A stretch of 64,000 nt of DNA from Escherichia coli (GCF_044324785.1 NZ_CP172127.1); one strand, 5' to 3'; positions 1 through 12,160 are shown, counted from the first letter of the stretch. The notes: generated by a model not told the origin, from the letters alone. Numbers and translations are program-made.

Positions 1-210
1 GTACTGGCGGCGCTGCGGGCCAAAGCGTTCCAGCAGGCTATGCAGCTCATCACGTATCTCCGAGGCGTAGTCGAACATCCGCGCATGGCCGCGCTGGTAT
101 TGCGAGAGGACGTACAGCAGCAATAGTGGTTTATGCGGCGCACGCTGTTCGCCTTTGCGCCAGATGGTGATGTTCTCGATCGCGTGTTGCAGGGTCGTGC
201 TGGAGGGCAT
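1..210 (-). CDS. N-terminal 70 codons of a protein running off the window start; putative DNA-recognition domain paralogous to the N-terminus of the adjacent HNH nuclease
   Basis: ATG at 210-208 on minus strand, open through position 1 (MPSSTTLQHAIENITIWRKGEQRAPHKPLLLLYVL...); motif GEQRAPHKPLLLLYVL parallels GRRYPSKAIVGLAATL in the 390..1028 product. Confidence 0.35.
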   Translation of the reverse strand, partial: MPSSTTLQHAIENITIWRKGEQRAPHKPLLLLYVLSQYQRGHARMFDYASEIRDELHSLLERFGPQRRQY

Positions 211-389
211 AGCGTTACATTGGCAGCTAAATAAATGCGATGATGCTCGCAAAATCCTTGCCGATCAACCTACCAGATGCGGCGATTCTACGTGGATCGC
301 GATTTAATTATCACTGCCAGTTATTTGTTCGAAAAGACCATAGCTTTCTATTTATACTCAAGCTTCGCGCCATCAGATAGCTATGTCTT

Positions 390-1028
390 ATGAAAAAACT
401 ACCGGACCATTTATCCAGGGAATGCATCATCGCCGCCATTCGCGCTTACGATGCAGGCGTTGCGCATCAGTTTAAAAGCGCGCGTCTGTATGAGATCGAG
501 TTTGAGGGGCGTCGGTATCCTTCAAAAGCCATCGTCGGGTTAGCGGCCACGCTTGCGACGGGAACGGAATTTACCCCGGCGGATTTCAGCGGGGGGATTA
601 AATCAAAATGCGTGCGTCTGTTACTGGAGCAAGGATTTACGATCGCGTCGCAGGGCGCTGGCGATGACGAGGTTGCGCTTTTCCCCGATGAGGGGCAGAC
701 GACCATGGAGTACGTGGAAGGGGCGGCGTTGCAGGTGGTGGTCAATCGCTATGAGCGCGACCGTCAGGCTCGTCAGGCGGCGCTTCGCCTGCATGGCTGC
801 CAGTGTCAGGTATGCGGTCTGGATATGGCCAGCCGCTATGGCGATATCGGCCAGGGCTTTATCCATATCCACCATCTCATCCCGCTGGCCGGGATAAAGC
901 AGGACTACCGCCTGAACCCTGAAACCGATCTGATCCCGGTATGTCCCAACTGCCATGCGATGCTGCACCGGCGAGATCCGCCGTTTACCCCCGAAGAGCT
1001 GAAGGCCCGGCTGCGCCCCACAGACTGA
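390..1028 (+). CDS. HNH nuclease domain protein with N-terminal putative DNA-binding domain
   Basis: C-terminal Cys/His-rich HNH-like region (HGCQCQVCG ... HIHHLIPLA ... PVCPNCH); 212 aa. Confidence 0.65.
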   Translation: MKKLPDHLSRECIIAAIRAYDAGVAHQFKSARLYEIEFEGRRYPSKAIVGLAATLATGTEFTPADFSGGIKSKCVRLLLEQGFTIASQGAGDDEVALFPDEGQTTMEYVEGAALQVVVNRYERDRQARQAALRLHGCQCQVCGLDMASRYGDIGQGFIHIHHLIPLAGIKQDYRLNPETDLIPVCPNCHAMLHRRDPPFTPEELKARLRPTD

Positions 1029-1110
1029 CATCCGACAGCGCTCGCTTTAATTACATCAAACACACCACAAACCCCACGCTACCTTACCGGTAGCGTGGGC
1101 CCACTCTCTT

Positions 1111-2790
1111 TTACTTATCCCGCGTCTCGCCAGCCTCCCAGCTGTAGCTGCCATCGGCCGCTAAGCTATCGCCCAGCTCCTGATACTCGAACTGATAAAA
1201 CTCAGCCTGGGTGCCGTACCCGGCGTAGTCTACCGCCGCCAGGCCGACGAACGCCCCGGTAAAGAACCCGCCGTAGCTCTGCAACACATAGTCATCGGAC
1301 AGCACCGCGGCATCCAGCTGGACCGGGATCTCGGTGAACGTCACGCCATCGAAGCTGTATTCATAGCTGTAGGTCTGCTTGCGGACTTTGGTCCGGAACC
1401 AGACGTATTCCACGCCGTCCGGCACCTTGATGGCGTTATCTTTCAGGTACGACGTGTATTTCCCGCGGTTATTTTCGCCGACTTCGATGACCTTGCCGTT
1501 AATTTCATTCCAGGTCAGGAAGACGAAGCTCCAGTGGCGGTCGTTATAGTAATTCGTTAACCCGGCCATCTGCTGGTAGCTGAAGGGCTCGAATTTCACC
1601 TTCACCGCGGCGTCAAAATAGAAGGCCTGCCAGCGGCGGGCAATCAGCGACAGATCATGCGTATTGGCTAACGAGCCCTGGCCGATTAAGGTTAATTTGC
1701 CGTTACCGGTGGTGCCCATTTTGGCCGTAAACGGCACCCGCAGGGTATTCCAGTTCGGGTCGAGGGCTGGCGACGTAAAGTCATCCTGCTGGCTATTATC
1801 GCTGGCGCTTTCGGTGAAGATGGCGTCTTTCGGTCCTTCGACGAAGGTTTTCCCGCCGTGACCGCCTTCAATACGCGGCCAGCCCTCGTCATCCCAGTAC
1901 ACTTTCTGGATCGCGGTTTCCCGGCCGAGGGTTGACCAGCCGCGCGGGTCGTAGATGGATTCCCCCGGGCGATTCCACGGCCGGGCGCAGAGCGAGGCGT
2001 AATACCATTCGCCTTCCGGGGTGGAGACCAGCGCGCCATGGCCCTGTTTCTGGATGTAGCTGTCCGGGGTGTCGACGTTGGTTAAGAACACGTCGCCCGG
2101 CTCGGTTTCAAAGCTGTCGGCCTCGAGGGTTTTCGACCGCGCCACCACCTCCTGGTGGGTAAACACGGTGCCGCCCTGGGCGGCAAACAGGTAGTAGTAG
2201 CCGTTCAGTTTATAGAGGTGCGGCCCCTCGACCAGCGCTACGGCGGTGCCGCGGTAGATGGTGCGCGCGGTTTCCGGCATTAACTTCAGCGTGTTGGTAT
2301 CCAGCTCCGTTAAGGTAATGCCATCGAAGGGGTGATGGTACTCCCGGTGATCCCAGGTTTGCTGGACGATATATTTCCGGCCATCGTCGTCATGGAACAG
2401 CGAGGCGTCAAACCCGACTCCGTTCAGCTTGATCGGGTCGCTCCACGGGCCCCGAATATCCTTCGCGGTGGTCAGGTAGTTGGTCATGTCTTTGAAGGCG
2501 CCTTCGGTGACCTTCACATCGGTATACACCAACCAGAATTGCCCGTCGGCCCAGGAGAGCGCCGGCGCCCAAATGCCGCCGGAGGAGGGGTTGCCCTTCA
2601 TGTCCAGCAGGGTGGTGGTGGAGAGCGGCGAAGGCAGCAGGTTCCAGTTTTTCAGGTCTTTCGACTCATGTAAACGCACGCCCGGAAACCACTCAAACGT
2701 CGAGTTGGCAATATAGTACGTATCCTCGACGCGAATAATACTGGGGTCGGCATTAAAGCCGCGTAATATCGGGTTTTGAATAAGTGACAT
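1111..2790 (-). CDS. xynB: beta-xylosidase, glycoside hydrolase family 43
   Basis: 559-aa ORF; N-terminus NPILRGFNADPSIIRVEDTYYIANSTFEWFPGV and overall resemblance to enterobacterial XynB/YagH. Confidence 0.85.
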   Translation of the reverse strand: MSLIQNPILRGFNADPSIIRVEDTYYIANSTFEWFPGVRLHESKDLKNWNLLPSPLSTTTLLDMKGNPSSGGIWAPALSWADGQFWLVYTDVKVTEGAFKDMTNYLTTAKDIRGPWSDPIKLNGVGFDASLFHDDDGRKYIVQQTWDHREYHHPFDGITLTELDTNTLKLMPETARTIYRGTAVALVEGPHLYKLNGYYYLFAAQGGTVFTHQEVVARSKTLEADSFETEPGDVFLTNVDTPDSYIQKQGHGALVSTPEGEWYYASLCARPWNRPGESIYDPRGWSTLGRETAIQKVYWDDEGWPRIEGGHGGKTFVEGPKDAIFTESASDNSQQDDFTSPALDPNWNTLRVPFTAKMGTTGNGKLTLIGQGSLANTHDLSLIARRWQAFYFDAAVKVKFEPFSYQQMAGLTNYYNDRHWSFVFLTWNEINGKVIEVGENNRGKYTSYLKDNAIKVPDGVEYVWFRTKVRKQTYSYEYSFDGVTFTEIPVQLDAAVLSDDYVLQSYGGFFTGAFVGLAAVDYAGYGTQAEFYQFEYQELGDSLAADGSYSWEAGETRDK

Positions 2791-2848
2791 TTCATTACAC
2801 CTTTTAAAATGGAAAGTGACGAATCGGTCTGATTTATAATTTTTTTAA

Positions 2849-4303
2849 CTACACGCGGATCTCATCCAGCTGACGGTTGATGTCGGTAACATGTTTATCG
2901 GAGATCGGATAAACCTGGATAATCACCATCGAAATAGCGGCCAGCGCGATCGGGATCCACACCGCGGTCATAATGATCCCGTCGATGGCGCTGGCGCTCT
3001 GCACGGCGCCGCTTTCATTAAAGCCATACACCGCCAGCAGCCACAGCGGGATCGCGCCGCCGATGGTGAAGCCGATCTTGAAGAAGAGTCCCATAATGGC
3101 ATTGATAATGGCGGCATTGCGTTTGCCAGATTTTAATTCGCCGTACGCGATGACTTCCGGTACCAGCGCCCACATAAAGCCGGTGGCGGAGGTTAAGCCC
3201 CACTGTTTAATAAAGGTGGCGATGTAGGCCAGCCACAGGGCGTCGTGCATCCCTTCGCGGGACCAGACGTAGGTCAGCAGTTCGCCGACGATAAACATGG
3301 CGAGGAACAGATGGAAGAAGCCTTTTTTACCAAAGATTTTTTTCAGTTTCGGCCAGAAAATCGGGAAGGCGATGCCGGGAATAGACGCGACGAGACCCAC
3401 CGCGCCCATCCATTCGGAGTGGCCGACGACGTACTGGTTGAAGAAGCCGTTAACAGTGTTCATGAAGAACATGAAGGTAAAGGCCAGCATAAAGAACATG
3501 CCCAGAATAACCAGCGGGCGGTTATGTCGGAGCTCGTGGAAAAGGTCGGTGGTTTTGACGTTGGCGGTCTGCTCGGCGGTCGCGACAACGCGTTCTTTGG
3601 TGAATTTATAACAGATAAACAGAGCCACCGCGCCGATGATCATATAGATGGCGTACACGCCAAACCAGGCGTAATTTGCCGACGGATCGGTATAATTCCC
3701 CAGATTCAGCTCAAGGCCAAAAAAGCCGGTGTCTTTCAGGCTGCGATCTTTCGGCGCCGCCATCTGCACAAACATCGGGAACAGGGTATAGACCAGCAGG
3801 TTGGCGCTGTTGGCCAGCATCATGCGGGTACTGGTCAGTTTATCGATCGATTCCGGGTCGCGGGTCAGCGACGCATTCAGCGAGCCATAGGGAATATTGA
3901 CTAAGGAATAAACCAGGTCCAGCGCCAGATAAATAATAAAGGCGAAAGCCACCGAACCTTTCACTCCGGGGATGGGCGCGAACAGTAATGCCGAGAGGAT
4001 CACCAGCGGCACGCCGGCTCGTAACAGCCACGGACGATATTTCCCTGCCTTCGAGGTTCGTTTATCCACGTAGGTGCCGACCATCGGATCCCAAAACACG
4101 TTAATTATGCGGACAAAAAGAAAAATAAAGCCTGCCGTTGCCGTGCTGATGGTATTTACCGTCAGCATATGCAAAGCCAGAAAACCCCCAATTGTGCCGA
4201 AAACCAGGTTTTGCGCAAAGTCGCCCATGCCATAACCAATTCGTTCTCCACGGGTTAATTTATGATATTCATCATGCCGACTGTGCATTATGTTTTTACT
4301 CAT
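2849..4303 (-). CDS. xynT: glycoside-pentoside-hexuronide (GPH) family xyloside:cation symporter
   Basis: Multi-TM ORF with GPH N-terminal signature RIGYGMGDFAQN; start set at MSKNIMHSR (GGAG upstream); track ORF extends to 4342. Confidence 0.75.
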   Translation of the reverse strand: MSKNIMHSRHDEYHKLTRGERIGYGMGDFAQNLVFGTIGGFLALHMLTVNTISTATAGFIFLFVRIINVFWDPMVGTYVDKRTSKAGKYRPWLLRAGVPLVILSALLFAPIPGVKGSVAFAFIIYLALDLVYSLVNIPYGSLNASLTRDPESIDKLTSTRMMLANSANLLVYTLFPMFVQMAAPKDRSLKDTGFFGLELNLGNYTDPSANYAWFGVYAIYMIIGAVALFICYKFTKERVVATAEQTANVKTTDLFHELRHNRPLVILGMFFMLAFTFMFFMNTVNGFFNQYVVGHSEWMGAVGLVASIPGIAFPIFWPKLKKIFGKKGFFHLFLAMFIVGELLTYVWSREGMHDALWLAYIATFIKQWGLTSATGFMWALVPEVIAYGELKSGKRNAAIINAIMGLFFKIGFTIGGAIPLWLLAVYGFNESGAVQSASAIDGIIMTAVWIPIALAAISMVIIQVYPISDKHVTDINRQLDEIRV

Positions 4304-4714
4304 TCTAAGCAGACTCCGGTTTGTTTTGTGTAGGTGAAACACTTTCTGACACAGTTGACATGGAAGAATCTATTACGTTTTTAAATTAAGTAATTATGTT
4401 TTTTTACTTCTGTGATCCTCGAAGCAAAGACCTGTATCACTTGCGTTGAGCCGCCATCCGCCGCTAATTTTTTGGCAGACAGGCAATGTGACAAAACCGG
4501 CATTTTAATTCGCTATGCCCACCTGAATTCCCCAGGAAGTGTACTCTATACGCGCGCGAAGCGAGATATTTAAAATAGTTTTATTTGCGAGATGGCTCAC
4601 ATTTGAGCATTTTCTCAATCGCTGAGTGAAATAACGTAATTGAGCAACCGACGATGAGAATACACGATGTGTCACAGTTGTTAATTTTCGGCTTCCTCAA
4701 TTTCGGAGTTCATC

Positions 4715-6034
<1,320 letters not shown>

Positions 6035-6043
6035 ATTTGGCTG

Positions 6044-6064
6044 ACATGCCCCTGCGGGGGCATG
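6044..6064 (+). terminator. GC-rich hairpin just downstream of xylA (acatgcccc-tgc-gggggcatgt)
   Basis: Inverted repeat read directly 10 nt after the xylA stop; no strong T-run follows. Confidence 0.3.
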
Positions 6065-6364
6065 TATTCCGCCGTGTGCCCGCTGCCGGGAAATAGCGTT
6101 TATTTGTTCGTGTTGTATTTATGCTGTCTGTGCCGAAAGGCTATCTGTTTGACTGTCTATAGAGGAACAATCCGCCGCGCGGATGGTTCTGCCATTGTGC
6201 CACCTTTTTAATATCAGTGAGGGAGGGCGAGTAGCGATAATTGTGTAATGCCTCTGTGACCGTACAAAATAAAAAATAACTTGTTCTGATGATAGCGACA
6301 TATTCTGTCAGCTCAGAATAGGCTGGTTATTGTCTGAATAAAATTAACCTATATTGAGAAACTC

Positions 6365-7747
6365 ATGACAATGATAAAAAAACTTCCATTAACCATGGCG
6401 GTTATCGCCGCGTTTTTTCCGCTTACCTCTGTAATGGCGCAAGAATTTACTCAGGAACAGATCGACGCCATCGTCGCCAAAGCCGTTGATAAAGCGCTGG
6501 CCGACCGCCAGGCGAAAATTGACGCCGCGGCCGACAAAAAGGTCGACGTCATTACCAACCCACAGACCACCGCCGCCTCGCCGGATATGGCCATTCCGTT
6601 CGGCCTCAAGTTCAGCGGCTATGCCCGCTATGGCGCCCATTTCCAGACCGGCGACCAGAAATATGTCGGCGTCGACGGCTCCTATAACGGCGCCTCGGCG
6701 ATCGGCCGTCTGGGCAACGAAAGCAACGGCGGCGAATTCCAGATCAGCAAAGCCTTCAAAAGCGCGCAGGGGGCTATCTGGGATCTCAACGTCATGTTCG
6801 ACCACTGGAGCGACGAGGTTAACCTGAAGAAGGCCTACGTCGGCGTCACCAACGTGCTGGAATCCAATCCCAACGCCTATATCTGGGCCGGCCGCGACTT
6901 CCACCAGCGTCCGCAACAGGGGATCAACGACTACTTCTGGATGAACCACGACGGCCAGGGCGCCGGGGTGAAGAACTTTGATATCGGCGGCGTGCAGTTC
7001 GACGTGGCGGCGGTGTCGCAGGTGAAATCCTGTAGCCCGGAAGTGATGGCCGACGAGACCAACCCGTCGCGTATCACCTGTACCGGCAGCTCCGACACCG
7101 GGGACAACGGCCACTACGCGCTGACCACCAAAACCCACAACATCAAGGCCGGGCCGATCGACGTCGAGGTGTACGCCAACTACGGCTTTGACTCGAAGGC
7201 GGTGGACAGCGACGCGCGTCTCGAAGCCTGGCAGGGCGGCCTGGTGCTGAGCCACACCAACGACAGCGGGGTGAACAAGGTGATCCTGCGCTACTCCGAT
7301 AACTCGGATAACAGCGTCTACAACAAAACCGACGACCTGACCACGGTCTACGCTAGCTTCGAGGGCAGCCATAAGTTCACCCAGCAGGCGCAGGTGGAAT
7401 ATCTGCTGGCCTTCCACGACTACGACAACGGCAAAGATAATACCGACAACCGCAAAAACTACGGTGCCATCGTGCGGCCGATGTACTTCTGGAACGACGT
7501 GCACTCCACCTGGCTGGAAGCGGGCTACCAGCGCGTGGACTACGACCAGGGCGGGGATAACCACGGCTGGAAGCTGACGCTGTCGCAGAACATCGCCATC
7601 GGCATGGGGCCGGAGTTCCGTCCGATGCTGCGCTTCTACGTGACCGGCGGTCAGGTGGACAACGAGCATACCGCTAAGGTCAACGGCACCAAAGACCAGC
7701 AGCTGGATTCGCTGAACGTCGGCGGGATGTTTGAGGCGTGGTTCTGA
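6365..7747 (+). CDS. carbohydrate-selective porin, LamB/ScrY family
   Basis: Signal peptide (MTMIKKLPLTMAVIAAFFPLTSVMA), Ala/Lys-rich coiled N-extension as in ScrY, C-terminal barrel ending in W-F. Confidence 0.7.
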   Translation: MTMIKKLPLTMAVIAAFFPLTSVMAQEFTQEQIDAIVAKAVDKALADRQAKIDAAADKKVDVITNPQTTAASPDMAIPFGLKFSGYARYGAHFQTGDQKYVGVDGSYNGASAIGRLGNESNGGEFQISKAFKSAQGAIWDLNVMFDHWSDEVNLKKAYVGVTNVLESNPNAYIWAGRDFHQRPQQGINDYFWMNHDGQGAGVKNFDIGGVQFDVAAVSQVKSCSPEVMADETNPSRITCTGSSDTGDNGHYALTTKTHNIKAGPIDVEVYANYGFDSKAVDSDARLEAWQGGLVLSHTNDSGVNKVILRYSDNSDNSVYNKTDDLTTVYASFEGSHKFTQQAQVEYLLAFHDYDNGKDNTDNRKNYGAIVRPMYFWNDVHSTWLEAGYQRVDYDQGGDNHGWKLTLSQNIAIGMGPEFRPMLRFYVTGGQVDNEHTAKVNGTKDQQLDSLNVGGMFEAWF

Positions 7748-7822
7748 TGCGATAGCGTTGTCGAAGGAGCGTTCCCGGCTGGCGCTACGCTTAGCCGGGC
7801 TACGACTGGTGCGCTCCATTTA

Positions 7823-8044
7823 TGCCGGATGGCGGCATACATGCCTTATCCGGCCTACGTTTCTGAGGAGGCCTGCGGGATACCCCCCAGGCCCGGCAGG
7901 CGCAGCGCCGCCGGGCAGGACACTTCAAGCTCCATACCTGTGGTTGTGCCGGATGGCGGCATAAATGCCTTATCCGGCCTACGTTCCTGAGGAGGCCTGC
8001 GGGATCCCCTCCCAGGCCCGCGCAAGCGCAGCGCCGCCGGGCAG
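7823..8044. repeat. two tandem REP/BIME-like palindromic units
   Basis: Near-identical ~96-bp units tgccggatggcggcata(c/a)atgccttatccggcctacg...gcgcagcgccgccgggcag at 7823-7918 and 7948-8044. Confidence 0.75.
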
Positions 8045-8059
8045 CTGGCCCAGGTTCCC

Positions 8060-9019
8060 TCAGTTCACCGTCAGGCGCAGGGCAAGATCCTGCGGGTAGG
8101 GGTCAAAATAGTTCTGCGCCTGCAGGTAGCGATCCGGATACTCGGCCAGATAGTGCTTAAGCAGCGTCAGCGGCGCGAGGATCGGCAGCAGCCCGGCGCG
8201 ATAGTTGAGGATCACCTCCCGCAGCTCGCCGCGCTGGCGGCTGTTCAGCTGGTCGCGGAAATAACCCTGAATATGCATCAGCACGTTGGTGTGGTTTTTC
8301 CGAGAGGCGGGCCGCTTGAGGATCGCCATCAGCTTTTCGCGATAGACCTCGAAGAAAGCCTCCAGATCCTCCCATTCATGCAGCGAGGCGACGAAGGGGC
8401 CGATCTCGCGGTAGCCCGCCTGGTGGTGAGCCAGCAGCTGCAGCTTGTAGCGGCTGTGAAAGGCCAGCAGGCCGTGGCGGGTCAGGCCGCGGGCGCGCAG
8501 GGCGTTGAGTTCATGCAGGGCGAAGACGCGCTCGACAAAATTCTCCCGCAGCAGCGGATCGTGCAGCCGGCCATCCTCTTCCACCGGAAGCCACGGGTAG
8601 CGCGCCATCAGGGCGCCGGTAAACAGCCCCACGCCTTCCTTACGCCCGCGATTGCCTTTTTCATCATACAGCCGCACGCGCTCCATCCCGCAGATCGGCG
8701 ATTTGGCGCAGACGATAAAGCCCGACAGCTCGCCCAGGGTTGCCAGATGGGCGTTGGCGAAATCGGCCATCTTCTCCGTCACATCCTCGTGCGGGGCGTG
8801 GCTGAAGCGCATGCGGATCTCCCCGACCGGGGTCTGCACCAGCCGGAGCGCCGGGCGGGGAACGGGCAGGCCGATCGCCATCTCCGGGCAGACGGGCTTA
8901 AACGCCACCCACTGCGCGAGCTCATCCATCACAAAGCCCATACGCTTATGCCCGCCGTCGAATCGCACGGCTGAGCCGGTTAAACATCCGCTGATCCCAA
9001 TGACAGGTTGCGTGTTCAT
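8060..9019 (-). CDS. YbgA family protein (DUF523/DUF1722-like)
   Basis: 319 aa; N-terminal PVIGISGCLTGSAVRFDGGHK motif and overall resemblance to E. coli YbgA. Confidence 0.65.
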   Translation of the reverse strand: MNTQPVIGISGCLTGSAVRFDGGHKRMGFVMDELAQWVAFKPVCPEMAIGLPVPRPALRLVQTPVGEIRMRFSHAPHEDVTEKMADFANAHLATLGELSGFIVCAKSPICGMERVRLYDEKGNRGRKEGVGLFTGALMARYPWLPVEEDGRLHDPLLRENFVERVFALHELNALRARGLTRHGLLAFHSRYKLQLLAHHQAGYREIGPFVASLHEWEDLEAFFEVYREKLMAILKRPASRKNHTNVLMHIQGYFRDQLNSRQRGELREVILNYRAGLLPILAPLTLLKHYLAEYPDRYLQAQNYFDPYPQDLALRLTVN

Positions 9020-9567
9020 GGCGCTGTCCTCTCTTCTGCTGTGGTTCGGGTAAAGAAAAGGGTCACGGTGGCCACCGTAATGCCGAATTTCTTCATCTCG
9101 GTTTTGTTAAACAAATGGCTGCCGTCCTGCAGGAACATCCAGTCGTCAAAGTGCAGCAGCCACCGGCTGCCGCTGGCCTCGACGTTCATGCTGTAGCGCC
9201 AGTGAAAGGCATTGCCTGCCGCCTGGCCGCTGGCCACGCCTTCGATATCCCCGGCGGTGCCCTGATAATGGTTATCGCCGGTGCGGCGAATGCGCCACAC
9301 CCGCTGCTGTTTCTCGCCATCGTCATAGACAAAGCGCTCATGGAGCGTCAGGGTGTCGCCGACGACGTCGCCATCGATCGCTACATGGAAGCGGCGCAGC
9401 TGTTTACCGCGGCGATCCTGCACCATCCCCCACGCCTCGGTTCGACCCTGAAAATAGTGGAAGATGTCGAGGGCGGGCTGCTGCTGCCGGTACTCGGTGA
9501 CCTCGATGCTGCAGCCGGCGAGCATCAGCATCAGCAGCGCCAGGCCACGGGTCAGAATGCGTTTCAT
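9016..9567 (-). CDS. lipoprotein (DUF3833-like)
   Basis: Lipobox signal peptide MKRILTRGLALLMLMLAGCS; 4-bp overlap with downstream ybgA-like gene. Confidence 0.55.
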   Translation of the reverse strand: MKRILTRGLALLMLMLAGCSIEVTEYRQQQPALDIFHYFQGRTEAWGMVQDRRGKQLRRFHVAIDGDVVGDTLTLHERFVYDDGEKQQRVWRIRRTGDNHYQGTAGDIEGVASGQAAGNAFHWRYSMNVEASGSRWLLHFDDWMFLQDGSHLFNKTEMKKFGITVATVTLFFTRTTAEERTAP

Positions 9568-9606
9568 GGTGTACCTCCGATCAACTGCTGACGCAGTTCG
9601 GGATAA

Positions 9607-11691
9607 GTGGTGCGCGGATCGAGCCAGAACTCGCTGACGCTGAGCGCAGGAGATGTGACCAACAGCGGCCGGATTCAGGGGCAGAACATTACTCTGGATG
9701 CCAGCAGCCTGACCAGCAGCGGTGCTGTTCAGAGTGCGCTGGAGTTGGCTCTGACCCTGAGTGGCGATGTTATTGCTGCCACCGGCAGAAAAATTACCGC
9801 CCTGGGCGATGCCCGCCTTACCGGGAAAGTGCTGGGTAACCAGGGATTAATCAGCGCGAAGACGCTGGAAGTGAATGGTGATTCGCTCAGCAACGGTGGC
9901 GAAATCAGTGGTGTTAACAGCCTGAATGTGACACTCAGTGGTAATCTGCAACAGCACGGTAAAATGCTGACAGGCGGTACATTAAACGTCAACGCCAGAG
10001 ACATCAGCAATAGTGGGCAGCTTCAGGGGGCGGATAACCGAATCACCGCCAGTTCGCTGACCAACTCAGGTCGTGTGCAGGGCGACAGCGGGCTGACTCT
10101 TACATTGCTGAATGCCCTGACCAACCAGACCAGCGGTGTGCTTCTCAGTCAGAACGTATCAGCGCTTTCTGCACCTGTGCTGACTAATGACGGCACCATT
10201 CAGGGCAACGGTAAAACCACGCTCAGCGCGGCAACGCAGGCCCACAACAGTGGCAAGATTCTTTCCGGCGGTGAGCTGACGTTCACCACGCCGGACTACA
10301 GTGGCAGTGGCTGGCTACAGGCCACTGACCTGCTGCTGAACGTGGCGAAGCTTGCCGGTAATGGCACTGTGATGGCGGCGAATCAGGCAACGCTCACAGG
10401 TAACAGTCTGACCAACCGTGGCCTGTTCCAGGCTGCACAACTGAACGTCAACACGCAGACCATCACCAACAGCGGCACGCTGCTGGGTAATCAGGGCCTG
10501 ACAATAAAAGGGAACAGCCTGAACAACGCCGGCGGGAAGGTGTTCAGCGGCGGTGATATGCTTGCTGAAATGGTCTCGCTCAGCGGCGCGGGCCAGCTGG
10601 TTACACTCGGTAACCTGACGCTGAAGCTCACACGTGGTTTGACCGCACAGGGCGTTATCGCCGCGAATAAACAACTCTCCGTCAGCAGCCAGGGTGATAT
10701 TACCAATGGCGCCACATTGCAGGGCAACGGTATCACGCTGAATGCTGCAGGCAGGCTGACCAACAATGGCCAGTTGACCGCCGGCAACGGCACCACGGCA
10801 CTGAGCGGCAGCGGGATTGCGATGAATGCCAGCGGCAGCCTGCAGGCAGGCGGGGACGTCAGCCTGACCAGCAGGGGAGATATCACTCTCGACGGTTTTA
10901 CCGGCACGACGGGTAGTCTGGTGTTAACGGTCGCCGGGGCAGTCATTAACACCGCACTGTTGTATGCGGGCAATAACCTCTCGCTGTTTGCCAGCACCAT
11001 CCGGAACCATCACGGCGATATGCTGGCGGGTTACAGCCTGGTGATGCAGAAAGATGTCAGTGGTGCCGCGAATGCTGAAGTGATTAATACCTCCGGGAAT
11101 ATCGAAACCACCCGCGGTGATATCACCATCAGAACCGGACATTTACTGAATCAGCGGGAGGGTATAAATGAGACAAAATCATACATTCCGGTTGAGAATG
11201 TCGCAGTACCTGATGGTGTAAATTCTGTTTCAGTCAGAGTGGGCGATTTAGGTGAAAATGGATGGGGATATTATGTGAAGTCCTGGAGCGGTACTGCCGG
11301 TGGTGGTTTTGAGGCATGGGCCGTTCCGACTGAAAAGGGAGCCACCCGGAAATTTCTGACTGGCACAACACGCGTCGATGTTGGTGCAACAGGGGGGGAT
11401 GCCAGAATTTCGGCCGGTAATAATCTGCTGATTGACGCGAACAAACTGGATAATACGGGAAGTCATCTTCTTGCCAGCGAGTTTGTCAGCCTGTCGGGTT
11501 CACAACTGAATAATCAGTCCTTCTTTGGCTATACACAGGATGAATACAATGTGTATCGCTATTACGGCAAACTGGCCATGATCCCCAACGACGGGCATCT
11601 GCAGTATGGAGATGCTTCTGCCGATGATCGCGTTACCTTTACTCTCTCCGGAGCTCCGGAATATGTCACCAGAGACACCGGTCAGGCGTAA
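9607..11691 (+). pseudogene. cdiA: internal fragment of a CdiA/filamentous-haemagglutinin family protein (FHA repeat region)
   Basis: 694-aa Gly/Asn/Ser/Thr/Leu-rich repeat translation (…TNSGRIQGQNITLDASSLTSSGAVQS…); no TPS secretion domain; opens with GTG 40 bp from the neighbouring gene; stop TAA lies in the first bases of IS66. Confidence 0.75.
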
Positions 11692-11758
11692 GCGTACAGC
11701 CTGAACCGTCTGGTCAGAATCTGACGAATTAGACAAAGTGGTGTCCACCAAATAAGTA

Positions 11759-12160
11759 GTGGGAACCAAAGTGTCAGATATGCAGAAAAATGTGACTCCC
11801 GGCAGGCGAAAAGGCTGCCCTAATTATCCTCCCGAATTTAAACAGCAGCTCGTTGCTGCCTCCTGTGAACCCGGGATATCCATCTCAAAACTTGCTCTTG
11901 AAAATGGCATTAACGCCAATCTGTTGTTCAAATGGCGACAACAATGGCGCGAGGGAAAGCTGCTATTACCTTCTTCAGAGAGCCCCCAGCTACTTCCTGT
12001 GACTCTCGATGCAGCTGCCGAACAGCCAGAATCGCTCGCAGAGGGCCCGGAAACCCTCAGTATCAGCTGTGAGGTAACGTTCCGGCACGGGACGCTCCGC
12101 TTCAATGGCAATGTCAGCGAAAAGCTCCTGACTCTGCTGATACAGGAACTGAAGCGATGA
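11759..12160 (+). CDS. tnpA: IS66 family accessory protein TnpA
   Basis: 133 aa; first ORF of the IS66 triad; overlaps tnpB by 4 bp. Confidence 0.85.
   Translation: MGTKVSDMQKNVTPGRRKGCPNYPPEFKQQLVAASCEPGISISKLALENGINANLLFKWRQQWREGKLLLPSSESPQLLPVTLDAAAEQPESLAEGPETLSISCEVTFRHGTLRFNGNVSEKLLTLLIQELKR

Noticed and set aside
6389..7819. 476-aa minus-strand ORF spanning the porin gene
   Set aside because: Antisense to a well-supported porin CDS in GC-rich DNA where long spurious ORFs are expected; Arg/Gly/Val-rich low-complexity translation
8153..8974. 273-aa plus-strand ORF inside the ybgA-like gene
   Set aside because: Antisense shadow ORF in GC-rich sequence; no recognisable features
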